Shown: one piece after another, positions 48,462-57,601 of the stretch | How the letters are laid out: every line of letters starts with the position of its first letter | How positions within the stretch are numbered: the stretch's first letter is position 1 | Assembly (NCBI GenBank): GCA_902787955.1 | Contig: CADAIJ010000007.1 | Location: 128,326-192,325 of the forward strand | Length of the DNA stretch: 64,000 nt | DNA from: an uncultured Erysipelotrichaceae bacterium | GTDB lineage: Bacteria; Bacillota_I; Bacilli_A; RFN20; CAG-826 | Reading direction: 5' to 3' | Notes under the pieces: generated by a model | The model's input: the letters and a program-made list of their open reading frames with translations, nothing else | Database searches by the model: none | Told to the model about the DNA's origin: nothing | Translations under genes and position numbers: made by a program

Positions 48462-50081
48462 TTAAAATCTAGCATAGAGGATTTCGCGGATTTTTGTAAA
48501 ACACTCGTCTAAGATAGGCATTAGTTCTTGAATAGTAAGATTATGTTTCTTCTCCATTTCTTTTAATGAAAAATTATCTAATCTATATTCTTTTAAATAT
48601 ATAAGCTTATCTCCGAAGTATTCTTCTTCATTAGGAGTAAGACTATTAATAAATTCAATAATCTTCTTTCTATCAGAGATAACTAGTTGCCAGATGTAGG
48701 TATAAATATCATCAAAAGTAAGAGTGATATCTTGATCATATTGGTTGATGACTATGCCTTCATATCTAGGATCGTTTTTAATGACTCTAACTAAATCATT
48801 AAATGGGAATACTGCGTTAGATAGCATCTCAGATTCATCCGGAAGATAGAATGGATCAGTATAAAGCGCTAAATAGACTTTATTATCTCTTCTAATCTTT
48901 TGGATTCTAGTTATTTCTTTTCCTAATCCAGTTAAAACATCTTTCTTAGTTAAGATAGAAATATTATCGTAATCCACCTCTAAAGTAGTCATTGAACATA
49001 TAAACATATTGGAGTTCTTAAGCATATTTGCTAATTCTCCAGTCATTCTAGTGTGTTCTTTTTTACCTTTAAATTTAACTAGTTCCTCCACTAGATCATC
49101 TTGCCCTAGAGTAGCGTTACTATCATAGGAGGTTTCCATAAAGACTTCTTTAAATTCACTAAGGATAGTAACCAAATCATCATCAGGAACTTTTAGACAT
49201 AAATCATTTAGTTCTTTTATTCTTTTAACTGTTAGTATGTCTCTAAATCCATGTGGACTTTTAACAATAAGATGATTTCCAGGTTTAATAGAATCTTTAA
49301 GATAAGAAGGAATACCTTTAGCTAAATAGGTGTTTGTGCCAAAATCTCCTAGATAAATATATGGTGTTTTATGTTTCTCATGTTCATAAAAGTCTTCTTC
49401 ATATTGTTCGAAGTAATCCATTGCTTCTCCTATTTCAAAGATAAACGGGTTAATGAGATTTAATCTATCTAGATGATCTTCCTTAAGTTCTTCATAGGTA
49501 TCTAATGGGAATGGGTAGACGACTGCATCATCTTTAGTACCATCATTAAACGCGACCAATATGTTAGGATTTCCGTTTTCATCATGTTGATTAACTAAAG
49601 AAACGCAGTTGATATGGTCAACGTTTATACCTTTTTCTTCTTTAATCATCTCTGGAAATGCTATCCAAATCATTTCTAAGAGTAAAGTAACTAAACGATA
49701 ATCAAGATTATTATCATAGGAATTTATAATTGTGGATACGGTCGGGAAACATGTAGCGCCGATTATGTTGATAGAGTCTATCTCTTTAGCCCACTCTTCT
49801 CTAATTAATGGGTTTTCCACTAAAGATTCTTTATCTTCTAAGACATTTCCATAACAATCAGCGAACACCATAAACTTCTTTTCCATATCGTGATATAAGA
49901 AAGGATAATGGTGAGTAAAAGTTTTATGGCAATGTGGGCATGTTACATGAAATAATGAAGTATCTAATAGTTTTTCTTTAAGTTCAGGGTCTAAAGTGAC
50001 ATTGATACTATCATAGATAACACAAGGAATCTTCTTATTGCATTTAGGACATTTAAAACTATAAATATGGGATTTAGACAC
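48462..50081 (-). CDS. hypothetical protein with an N-terminal double CxxC zinc ribbon
   Basis: CPKCNKK...VTCPHCHKTF; 539 aa. Confidence 0.4.
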   Translation of the reverse strand: MSKSHIYSFKCPKCNKKIPCVIYDSINVTLDPELKEKLLDTSLFHVTCPHCHKTFTHHYPFLYHDMEKKFMVFADCYGNVLEDKESLVENPLIREEWAKEIDSINIIGATCFPTVSTIINSYDNNLDYRLVTLLLEMIWIAFPEMIKEEKGINVDHINCVSLVNQHDENGNPNILVAFNDGTKDDAVVYPFPLDTYEELKEDHLDRLNLINPFIFEIGEAMDYFEQYEEDFYEHEKHKTPYIYLGDFGTNTYLAKGIPSYLKDSIKPGNHLIVKSPHGFRDILTVKRIKELNDLCLKVPDDDLVTILSEFKEVFMETSYDSNATLGQDDLVEELVKFKGKKEHTRMTGELANMLKNSNMFICSMTTLEVDYDNISILTKKDVLTGLGKEITRIQKIRRDNKVYLALYTDPFYLPDESEMLSNAVFPFNDLVRVIKNDPRYEGIVINQYDQDITLTFDDIYTYIWQLVISDRKKIIEFINSLTPNEEEYFGDKLIYLKEYRLDNFSLKEMEKKHNLTIQELMPILDECFTKIREILYARF

Positions 50082-50866
50082 TAAAAACCACCATACCTTT
50101 CCTTGAATTCATTAATAACACCTCTCATCTCTAAAGGAAGAGTGTTAATAACGTCATTAACTAAACTAGCAGGAATTACTTTATAGTAGGCTTCTGCAAC
50201 CGCACAAGAAATTGCCGCGGTTGTGTCACAGTCTCCTCCAATTGAAATTGTGGTTCTTAAACAATCTTCAAAGGAAGTAGAAATAAAGAAACAATATAAG
50301 GCTTCTGGAACGGTTAGTTGACATATTTCAGGACCATGAACATATGTGCTCCTAAGTTCTTCATAATCGAAGTCTAAATCATAGAACTTGGAAGCAAAAT
50401 CCTTGAGTTGCTCTTTATTTTTTCCATTTCTAGCCATACGAATGAGTTCACTTGTAACATAAGCACCCTTCATTCCTTCTTTATGGTTATGAGTAACTTT
50501 AGTAAAGGTATCACTTAATTCCTTAACTACATTAGGATCATCGCTTACCCATCCTACTGGGGATATACGCATTGCGCTACCATTGCCGCAGGAATTATAT
50601 GGTTTTGGGTTAGCCATATACATCCAGCTTGAAAATGAACCACCATAACCGGCATTAGGATATTCTTGAGCCAATTTTTGTAAATATTTAGCCGCAGAAA
50701 CCTCGTCTTTTATTTCTGCATGAAGTAACCAATCCATACAGGCGATAGTTAAAACGGTGTCATCGGTGTATGTTGAATTTTTAGTAACTAAGGTGAATTC
50801 TTTAGTTTTAATGTTATTGAATTCGAAACGTGAACCCACTACATCTCCAATAATCGCTCCTATCAT
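50081..50866 (-). CDS. ADP-ribosylglycohydrolase (ARH/DraG family)
   Basis: MIGAIIGDVVGSRFEF and YTDDTVLTIA correspond to ARH metal-binding motifs. Confidence 0.65.
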   Translation of the reverse strand: MIGAIIGDVVGSRFEFNNIKTKEFTLVTKNSTYTDDTVLTIACMDWLLHAEIKDEVSAAKYLQKLAQEYPNAGYGGSFSSWMYMANPKPYNSCGNGSAMRISPVGWVSDDPNVVKELSDTFTKVTHNHKEGMKGAYVTSELIRMARNGKNKEQLKDFASKFYDLDFDYEELRSTYVHGPEICQLTVPEALYCFFISTSFEDCLRTTISIGGDCDTTAAISCAVAEAYYKVIPASLVNDVINTLPLEMRGVINEFKERYGGF

Positions 50867-52095
50867 TATTCATTCCCCTCCTTTTCTTTCATTTTTTGGT
50901 CCATATATTCTTTGAATTTCTCCGCAAGAGATGGACTATTTGCGGTTAATCTTTTAATTTCAAGGTTTGGAATTTGGTTAACTGCTCTACCCAAATGAGT
51001 AACAGTCTTTTTAAATTCGTCTTTGAAATTCTGGACTTTCTTAATAATGTCTTCGCACATCTTATCGACCTGGTCATAAATCTTACCCGCGTTAGAGTAA
51101 TCAGTATTGATCTTATCTACGACTGTTCTAACCGCTGTTTCAAAGTTAGCGATATCAACATTTTCTTTTTTATATCTATCGATTTCTTTTCTATAGCTTA
51201 AGGTATTTCTCGCCATTGAACGGATTAAGCCGATGATAGTGAGGAAGTATTGAGGTCTAACCACAAACATCTTTGGATAACGATGTGACACATCAACGAT
51301 ACCTTTATTATATAAAGTGCTATCGCTTTCTAAGGTAGAGACTAAAACTGCATACTCACATCCTTTGGATGTTCTATTTTTATCAAGCTTACTAAAGAAG
51401 TGTTCGTTTTTATGCTTATCTTTAGTGGTGTCTTTTTCTGTCTTCATTTCAAACATGATGGAGACAGTTTCAATACCATCGATATAGTCGCGGAAAATGA
51501 AGTCACCTTTTCCTTCTTCGTCCACTTTATTATCTTTTTCAAAGTAGGAATCTGGGTAAGCAGTCATTCTTACTTCGTTAAAAGCATCCTGACAGTATTT
51601 CTCTAAGGACTCACCTAAGTCTTTAGTGGAATCGCCCATTCTAAATTCCTTCCAAAGCTTAATCTCGTTATCTTTAGCTTCGAGTTGGAATTCGTATTGC
51701 TCTTTAAGCTTTTGGGTGGATAACACTAATTCCTTTTCATTATTAGCGATTTGGCCTTTAAGCTTAGTGATCTCTTCGTTCTTCTTAGAGATAGTCTCTT
51801 TATAAGTGTCTAAAGCAGAATTGACGGCAATTGTTGTGTCTTTTTCGGAGTTAGCTAACTTCTCTTCTAAGACTTTAATCTTGTTGTTAAGTTCCGCGTT
51901 TAAAACTTCTTGGGCCGCTTTTAGTTTATTGGCTTCGATTTCGTTTTTAGCTTTATAAACTTTTTCGAGGTCAGTTACCTTATCTTTAACTCGACGTTCG
52001 ATTTCTTCGGTTTCGATATCTTGAAGGAGAGAATTATATTCATCCTTCCCGATTTCGATAATTTCTTTACATTTAGGACATGTGATTCTTAACAT
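50866..52095 (-). CDS. coiled-coil protein with an N-terminal zinc ribbon (DUF2130-like)
   Basis: MLRITCPKCKEI..., a long coiled coil, then an alpha/beta C-terminal domain. Confidence 0.4.
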   Translation of the reverse strand: MLRITCPKCKEIIEIGKDEYNSLLQDIETEEIERRVKDKVTDLEKVYKAKNEIEANKLKAAQEVLNAELNNKIKVLEEKLANSEKDTTIAVNSALDTYKETISKKNEEITKLKGQIANNEKELVLSTQKLKEQYEFQLEAKDNEIKLWKEFRMGDSTKDLGESLEKYCQDAFNEVRMTAYPDSYFEKDNKVDEEGKGDFIFRDYIDGIETVSIMFEMKTEKDTTKDKHKNEHFFSKLDKNRTSKGCEYAVLVSTLESDSTLYNKGIVDVSHRYPKMFVVRPQYFLTIIGLIRSMARNTLSYRKEIDRYKKENVDIANFETAVRTVVDKINTDYSNAGKIYDQVDKMCEDIIKKVQNFKDEFKKTVTHLGRAVNQIPNLEIKRLTANSPSLAEKFKEYMDQKMKEKEGNE

Positions 52096-52098
52096 ATA

Positions 52099-52677
52099 TT
52101 ATTTATTCTCCTTTCCTAATTCGTATTTTAATGTAATGACATAGTCATTATGATAATTAGATAAACCCGCGACAGTCACTAAACACTTCTTATATGAGTA
52201 GCGTTTAGCTTTATGCATTAAATCGAAGAGTGTTCCTTCCATATTGCAGTTAATGCAACTAAATGTCTTATTAGTGATACTTATAGCAACAGAGTGATTG
52301 TCCTTACAAAATGGACAATTAACATATAGGAAGTCGCCTTTTTTAGTTACATTTTTAAATAAGAAGTCCACTACTTTAATGGTGTCAGCATGCTTTAAGA
52401 CATCTTTCTCTGCTCTTTTAAATACTCTACGTGCCTTGCGCATTTCCTTACGTCTAATACGAGTAGCTTTTTCCTCCTCGGCAGCAGCTACATCAATGTC
52501 GTACTCAAGATACTTAGCGCATTTAAGTAAGTCTTCGAGAGCTAATCTATCATCGTAGAACTCTTCGAGACAGTTAAGCATGGTGACTTCTAGCACGTCT
52601 TCGCGTGTTAAATTAGATTCGGACAATTGATAATCAATTAAGTCCTCGATGTGTTGTTGAATTTCGTTTTTAGTCAT
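52099..52677 (-). CDS. zinc-finger hypothetical protein
   Basis: CPFCKDNH...CINCNMEG; basic central region. Confidence 0.4.
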   Translation of the reverse strand: MTKNEIQQHIEDLIDYQLSESNLTREDVLEVTMLNCLEEFYDDRLALEDLLKCAKYLEYDIDVAAAEEEKATRIRRKEMRKARRVFKRAEKDVLKHADTIKVVDFLFKNVTKKGDFLYVNCPFCKDNHSVAISITNKTFSCINCNMEGTLFDLMHKAKRYSYKKCLVTVAGLSNYHNDYVITLKYELGKENK

Positions 52678-52679
52678 GC

Positions 52680-53601
52680 TTATTTTCCTCCATTCTTTTG
52701 ACGATCAATTTCATCTAATACTTCTTTTTTAGGTTCGTAACCCATCGCTAAGGTGAGGACTTCGAGGTCATTACGACACATTTCGTCATCTAAGTAGGAT
52801 TTAAAGAATCCATCAAGGATGATGGCGTCAATTTCTTCGTCATCCTTGTTTTTATACTTGTTATGTAATTGTTCTCTTAGTTTTTTTAAGAACGCTCTTA
52901 TTTCTTGTTCGTTCATACTATTTATTTCCTCCTTTTAATTCTTCTAACCATTCAGGCCTTTTAATTGTTTCCATAAGGACATCAATAAGGTCAGTGACTA
53001 AGTCGTTATAATCACGAGCCATAAAGGTGTCGATAATAACACCACCTGGAAACTTACCGGTGTTGATGTCAATAGCCTCTTTTTCAAAGGCTTTAAGTTT
53101 CTTTAATAAGTGTTCGCGCTTACTAAGTAGTTGTTGATTAGTGTTGTTTTTTACGCTTGCCATATATTTTTCTCCTTTACTTAAATAACACTGACATAAT
53201 GTCTAGATGGTCTTTTTCTCACTACTGAACTTAAATCATCCATCCAGCGAATGATAACCATGTAATCGTGGGAACTAATTTCTCCTGAGTTATAGCCATT
53301 ACGGAATCTCTCCATAAGTGTGTGATTAGTGATGCCGCGCTTATTGGCATCTTTTACTAATTGATTGAACTTATCTTTGTTCATACACTACTACCTCCTT
53401 TTCTAAGTAATTCTCGTAGTCCTTATCCTGTAAGAGGCTACTCAACTTGAGCTCCTCTTTTTTACGGAGATAGGCGATTACTTTCTTATTCCTATTAGTG
53501 AACTTGATGTCACTGATTTTGCTTGAATATATCTTGCTATTCATTTTTATTTCCTCCTTGTTAGCTAAGTTTTTCATCTCGGTTTTCTCTCGAGCCAACA
53601 A
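52680..53601 (-). other. array of four tiny ORFs (78, 81, 67 and 76 aa), tightly packed
   Basis: Contiguous or overlapping stops and starts: 52680-52916, 52918-53163, 53181-53384, 53371-53601. Resembles a phage or anti-defense early-gene array. Confidence 0.35.
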
Positions 53602-54099
53602 TAGGTTAAAATAGAATATGAATTTCAGATAATTCGTGACTTGTCGTAAAAAATAGTCCTATACTTTGTATAGGACTTTCTTGTAATTTCTCAATTAAGG
53701 ATTGTAGTCCCATAACTTAGGTATAATTCAATAACCACCTTTATTATGGGGAATGAAGATTAGGATTTGGTCAATCCGGAAATGACAAATATAAAATATG
53801 AGGAAAATGGTCAATTGTTCCCCCACACTTATTTTCACCCACTATATTTATATAGTATTTGCCCTTTTTAGCACTAAAGAGGCTCGGGGAGGGCCAAATA
53901 TCTAGATAAGGATATTTAAATCCTAACTATATATTTCGTGGCCCTACGAGCCTCTTTTTATAAATCTATATTTCTTAGTAATCCTAAATAATATTATTAA
54001 TATTTTTAATATTGTTGTTCCACTCTTAACATTTGCTTAACATATAGGTGAAATAAGAAGTCGTTGTGTTTCGTTTCATTCCTCACTTTCTTTAGAAAA

Positions 54100-54133
54100 G
54101 GATACCCTTATCGCTTGGGGTATCCTTTTCCTT
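54100..54133 (-). terminator. intrinsic terminator
   Basis: GGATACCC-ttatcgctt-GGGGTATCC hairpin with an A tract on one side and a T tract on the other, just downstream of the minus-strand gene ending at 54158. Confidence 0.55.
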
Positions 54134-54157
54134 ATCTTTATTAATGCCTTTGTTTCT

Positions 54158-54511
54158 TTAGTCTTTAAACCTTAATAGAACCCCACCTGGTCTATCTTTC
54201 TCTTTAGATTTTTCTTTAACTAATGAGTTATATAAGTTAGTGTTCCTCTTCTTAATAAGTTCATCATAATACTCTAATAATTCTTCAACATATAATGGCT
54301 TTCTAACTCCAGCGCAGTAACACGCCATAGAGGTGACACCTAGTTGGAAGACAGTGTAATCATCTAAATCCACGGCAATACCTATTACTTTATCTTTAAG
54401 ATTATAAACATCATCTAACTTATGATAGATCTTATATCCATCTTCTTTACTTAATCTATTAATAAGTGTGTTAATCCCATCATAGGATTTATAAGTTAAG
54501 ATATACTGCAT
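54158..54511 (-). CDS. hypothetical protein (117 aa)
   Basis: Last gene of the operon. Confidence 0.4.
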   Translation of the reverse strand: MQYILTYKSYDGINTLINRLSKEDGYKIYHKLDDVYNLKDKVIGIAVDLDDYTVFQLGVTSMACYCAGVRKPLYVEELLEYYDELIKKRNTNLYNSLVKEKSKEKDRPGGVLLRFKD

Positions 54512-54525
54512 ATTAATATTATTAT

Positions 54526-55299
54526 TTAATCTCTTTCTTTAAATTCTCTTACTTGTTTATAGCCCTCTAACATATATTTCGCTAAAGTATGTGGCTCTAC
54601 TCCCCCAGTTAAACCTCCAAAGGCAGGGATAACGATAGAATGGATGTTAGCTTTAAGCGCCATAATAAGAGTGCTTCTCATCGAATTATAGATAACTAGA
54701 GGGTCTTTAATAATAGAAGGTGTTCTCATCGTTGGAGTGTGTATTAACTTCTTATCTGTATTAGGGATATCCACGAGAATTGAAGTTCCTACAGGTTGTT
54801 CACCAAAATAATTTTGTTTAATGAAGTTCTGGACTCTTTTTTGTAAAGTATCTCCAAAGTATCTAGTAATCGCTAAGTCGTAGCCTCCATTCATGATTCC
54901 AAATGAATTAGCAGGACTTACAATACATTCAACATTTTTATGTGTGTCCATAAAGTGTTTAAAGTCATCTAAGACTACTTCTACTTCTTTATAGCTAGAG
55001 AAAGCTTTTTTAAATTCAGAGATGATTTTAGGGTTAATATCAAGAAGATAGATTTTAAGGTTATTAAGATTAGAATAAACTTTCACAATATGGCCTTTAT
55101 TATAGAAAGGTTCAGAACTTACTAAGTCTAAAGAGATAAGTTCGTTAAAGATAGAATCCGCTAAAGGGAAAGAAATAGAGAATGTTCTTTGTAAGGTTGA
55201 GATAGAAACGTATTTCGTATCTTTAAGCCATTCTTTAATCACATCCATTAAGCCTTCGTTATAGGCTTTAGTTAGTAAGTCTTTGTTATTATTCATCAT
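54526..55299 (-). CDS. FtsK-gamma-like winged-helix + macro-domain protein
   Basis: YVSISTLQRTFSISFPLADSIFNEL resembles the FtsK gamma wHTH. ECIVSPANSFGIMNGGYDLAI and AFGGLTGG are macro-domain signatures. Confidence 0.5.
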   Translation of the reverse strand: MMNNNKDLLTKAYNEGLMDVIKEWLKDTKYVSISTLQRTFSISFPLADSIFNELISLDLVSSEPFYNKGHIVKVYSNLNNLKIYLLDINPKIISEFKKAFSSYKEVEVVLDDFKHFMDTHKNVECIVSPANSFGIMNGGYDLAITRYFGDTLQKRVQNFIKQNYFGEQPVGTSILVDIPNTDKKLIHTPTMRTPSIIKDPLVIYNSMRSTLIMALKANIHSIVIPAFGGLTGGVEPHTLAKYMLEGYKQVREFKERD

Positions 55300-56021
55300 T
55301 ATTTCTTTTGATACTCCTCTCTTAGTTTCATAAGTAAGATCCCTAGATTATTCTTTCCTTTTCCTTTAGATACTCCCCAGAAAGTATCATTCCAATCATT
55401 ACCTTCGATTAATATTCTATCTTTGGTATTTATTAGTTTCTCTTTTAAGTCAGGATATGTATTAAATTTAATTCTTAATATATCCTCCATGATATTAACT
55501 TTAATGTCTTCCCAATCACTTCTTAAAGTTACTTTTCTTCCTAATCTTTTTGCACTTGTAGGAGATAGATTTTTAAATTCTTCACTCCTACTTAAATCTT
55601 TTTGAGCTTGGAAGGCTGCTTCATTATTTAAGTAAGTAATCCCGTTATAAGTAATACTAGCGTTATAGAAATTACTTAAGAAATCATATTCTCCCCTAAA
55701 GGAAGTTATCGCGTCTTTAAGTTTTATTCTTTCTAATTCTATTTCTTCTAGTTTCTTTCTTTTAGTTTCTTCTTCAAGTTTAGCTAATCTAATACTTTCT
55801 TTATTTTCAAATTCTAAATAGTCTTCCATTAACTTATTTAGTTTTTCTTCTTTAAATCTAAGGTATCCACTTCGATAGGCGAGATATAAGCTATATTTCT
55901 TATCATTAGATAGACTAATAATTATTTCTTTAATCTCACTAGATTCATTGGTGGCTTTAATTAAATATGTCTCCCCTACTTTATTAATTACTTCCTTATT
56001 TAAAAGTGTCTTATTATCCAT
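55299..56021 (-). CDS. NADAR (YbiA-like, DUF1768) domain protein with an N-terminal coiled-coil extension
   Basis: YDFLSNFYNASITYNGITYLNNEAAFQAQKD...SDWEDIKVNIMEDILRIKF...GNDWNDTFWG matches the NADAR consensus closely. Confidence 0.7.
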   Translation of the reverse strand: MDNKTLLNKEVINKVGETYLIKATNESSEIKEIIISLSNDKKYSLYLAYRSGYLRFKEEKLNKLMEDYLEFENKESIRLAKLEEETKRKKLEEIELERIKLKDAITSFRGEYDFLSNFYNASITYNGITYLNNEAAFQAQKDLSRSEEFKNLSPTSAKRLGRKVTLRSDWEDIKVNIMEDILRIKFNTYPDLKEKLINTKDRILIEGNDWNDTFWGVSKGKGKNNLGILLMKLREEYQKK

Positions 56022-56109
56022 TATTCATCCTTCTTTCTTGGCTCATATTATGGAGGGGGTTAATGAAAAAATGTAAAGACTTGACTTAATTTAACTACTG
56101 TTAAGAATC

Positions 56110-56784
56110 TTATTTATTTTTAAACTTATGATAGATAGTTAGAGGTTTAATTCTATTTACTACTTCATATGGGGATTCTTTAAGAGAGAGGGAATCACTA
56201 TTAAAGATAGCAACTTCATTATAGTAACCTTTTTGTTTTTCTTTCTTAGTAGGTAAGATACGACGCGAATAGTTAATTTTAGATATAGGATCTTCTTTTA
56301 AAGTTACTTTTAGGTTTCTAGTTAATTTATTAGGATCTTCTTTTCCTTTAAATAACTCGTAGAAGATATTACCTGTATTAGATTGAAGAAGTGTTTCATT
56401 ATTATATCTAGATACTTTAATTAGATAGGAGAGTTTAATGTTTGGATTATCTCCTATTACTATATCCACCCCTTTCCTTGTAGGACATTTATTATGATGA
56501 AGATAGAAATGGAAAGGGGATGATTTATCTCCTCTTTGTTCATCCTTACCTTCATGAATAAAGGAGTCTATATAGTGGATTTTATTATTTTGATCTTTTT
56601 CATGTAGATCTTCAAAGTAAGCCTCTACAAAGAGGGGTTTAAGTTCTTCATCATTATCAAAACAAATAATAGAGTTAAGTAGATACTCCCCTATCTTTTG
56701 AATAAGACTAGTTATCTCTTCCGTAGATTTATTAGGAGAGATCTCATGATATAAAGATAGGATTTTATTTTCGATATTATTCAT
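56110..56784 (-). CDS. hypothetical protein
   Basis: 224 aa; first gene of the NADAR operon. Confidence 0.4.
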   Translation of the reverse strand: MNNIENKILSLYHEISPNKSTEEITSLIQKIGEYLLNSIICFDNDEELKPLFVEAYFEDLHEKDQNNKIHYIDSFIHEGKDEQRGDKSSPFHFYLHHNKCPTRKGVDIVIGDNPNIKLSYLIKVSRYNNETLLQSNTGNIFYELFKGKEDPNKLTRNLKVTLKEDPISKINYSRRILPTKKEKQKGYYNEVAIFNSDSLSLKESPYEVVNRIKPLTIYHKFKNK

Positions 56785-56834
56785 AACTATTAATCATTAT
56801 AGCGGTTCTAATCTAATTTATCAGTTTAGATAAA

Positions 56835-56875
56835 GAAAAAGACCGCAGAACCCAAGTGTTTTGGGAGTGCGGTCT
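56835..56875 (-). terminator. intrinsic terminator after the macro gene
   Basis: AGACCGCA...TGCGGTCT hairpin followed on the minus strand by TTTTTCTTTAT. Confidence 0.55.
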
Positions 56876-56923
56876 ATCTCGCTCTGTTGCGCTTAAATAA
56901 TAATATTAAACGATCGGGTGATG

Positions 56924-57601
56924 CTAGAACAAAGATAATTGCTTATTAAATTCAATATTTCCATCATAATAAAGTCTAAATATCGACTTATATGTTTCCG
57001 CTCCAATATCTTTAATTTTTGATATATCAACAAATCTAACAATTTTACTTTGTTCATTTTCTAATGAAGTAATTTGCTTTTTTGTTAATCTGACATATTT
57101 TTTAAGTTCATCAATCGGCGTTTCTTTGAAAGAGTTAATCATTTCAAGTTCTTTCCCTTCAACCAATTTAGATCGACAAATATAAACATCAATATCAAGG
57201 TTTGAAAGGTATTTAATCATTACTTTCTCAACTTCCTCTGGATTTAAGCCGCCATTAGAAGCACCAAGCAATGGAAAAGCAACAGAGTTAAATCCCCACT
57301 GTTTATAGTTTTCGGTGAAATACTTTAAGCCTTCTTCAATCCACTCCATTTGAGATGGGTATTTAAAATGGAACTTAGTTGGAAAGTTTATTATCTTTTG
57401 TCCATCAATTTCATAAAAATATACTTTTCCGGTATGGATTAAGTTATTATGACACTCTTCAATATATTGTTCGTTTAATTTTGGATAGCGTAAAGCAAAT
57501 TCAAGTGCAAGGCCTTTCCCCATTAAGCCAACACAGTTAATCGTATTAACAATGCATTCAGCTTTTGTATTAAAAACAGTTGAATCAGTAATTATCATCA
57601 T
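56924..57601 (-). CDS. macro-domain protein of the TARG1/DarG type (candidate antitoxin or reversal enzyme)
   Basis: AECIVNTINCVGLMGKGLALEF and AFPLLGASNGGL match the DarG/TARG1 macro clade. Overlaps the DarT-like gene by 17 nt. Confidence 0.6.
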   Translation of the reverse strand: MMIITDSTVFNTKAECIVNTINCVGLMGKGLALEFALRYPKLNEQYIEECHNNLIHTGKVYFYEIDGQKIINFPTKFHFKYPSQMEWIEEGLKYFTENYKQWGFNSVAFPLLGASNGGLNPEEVEKVMIKYLSNLDIDVYICRSKLVEGKELEMINSFKETPIDELKKYVRLTKKQITSLENEQSKIVRFVDISKIKDIGAETYKSIFRLYYDGNIEFNKQLSLF

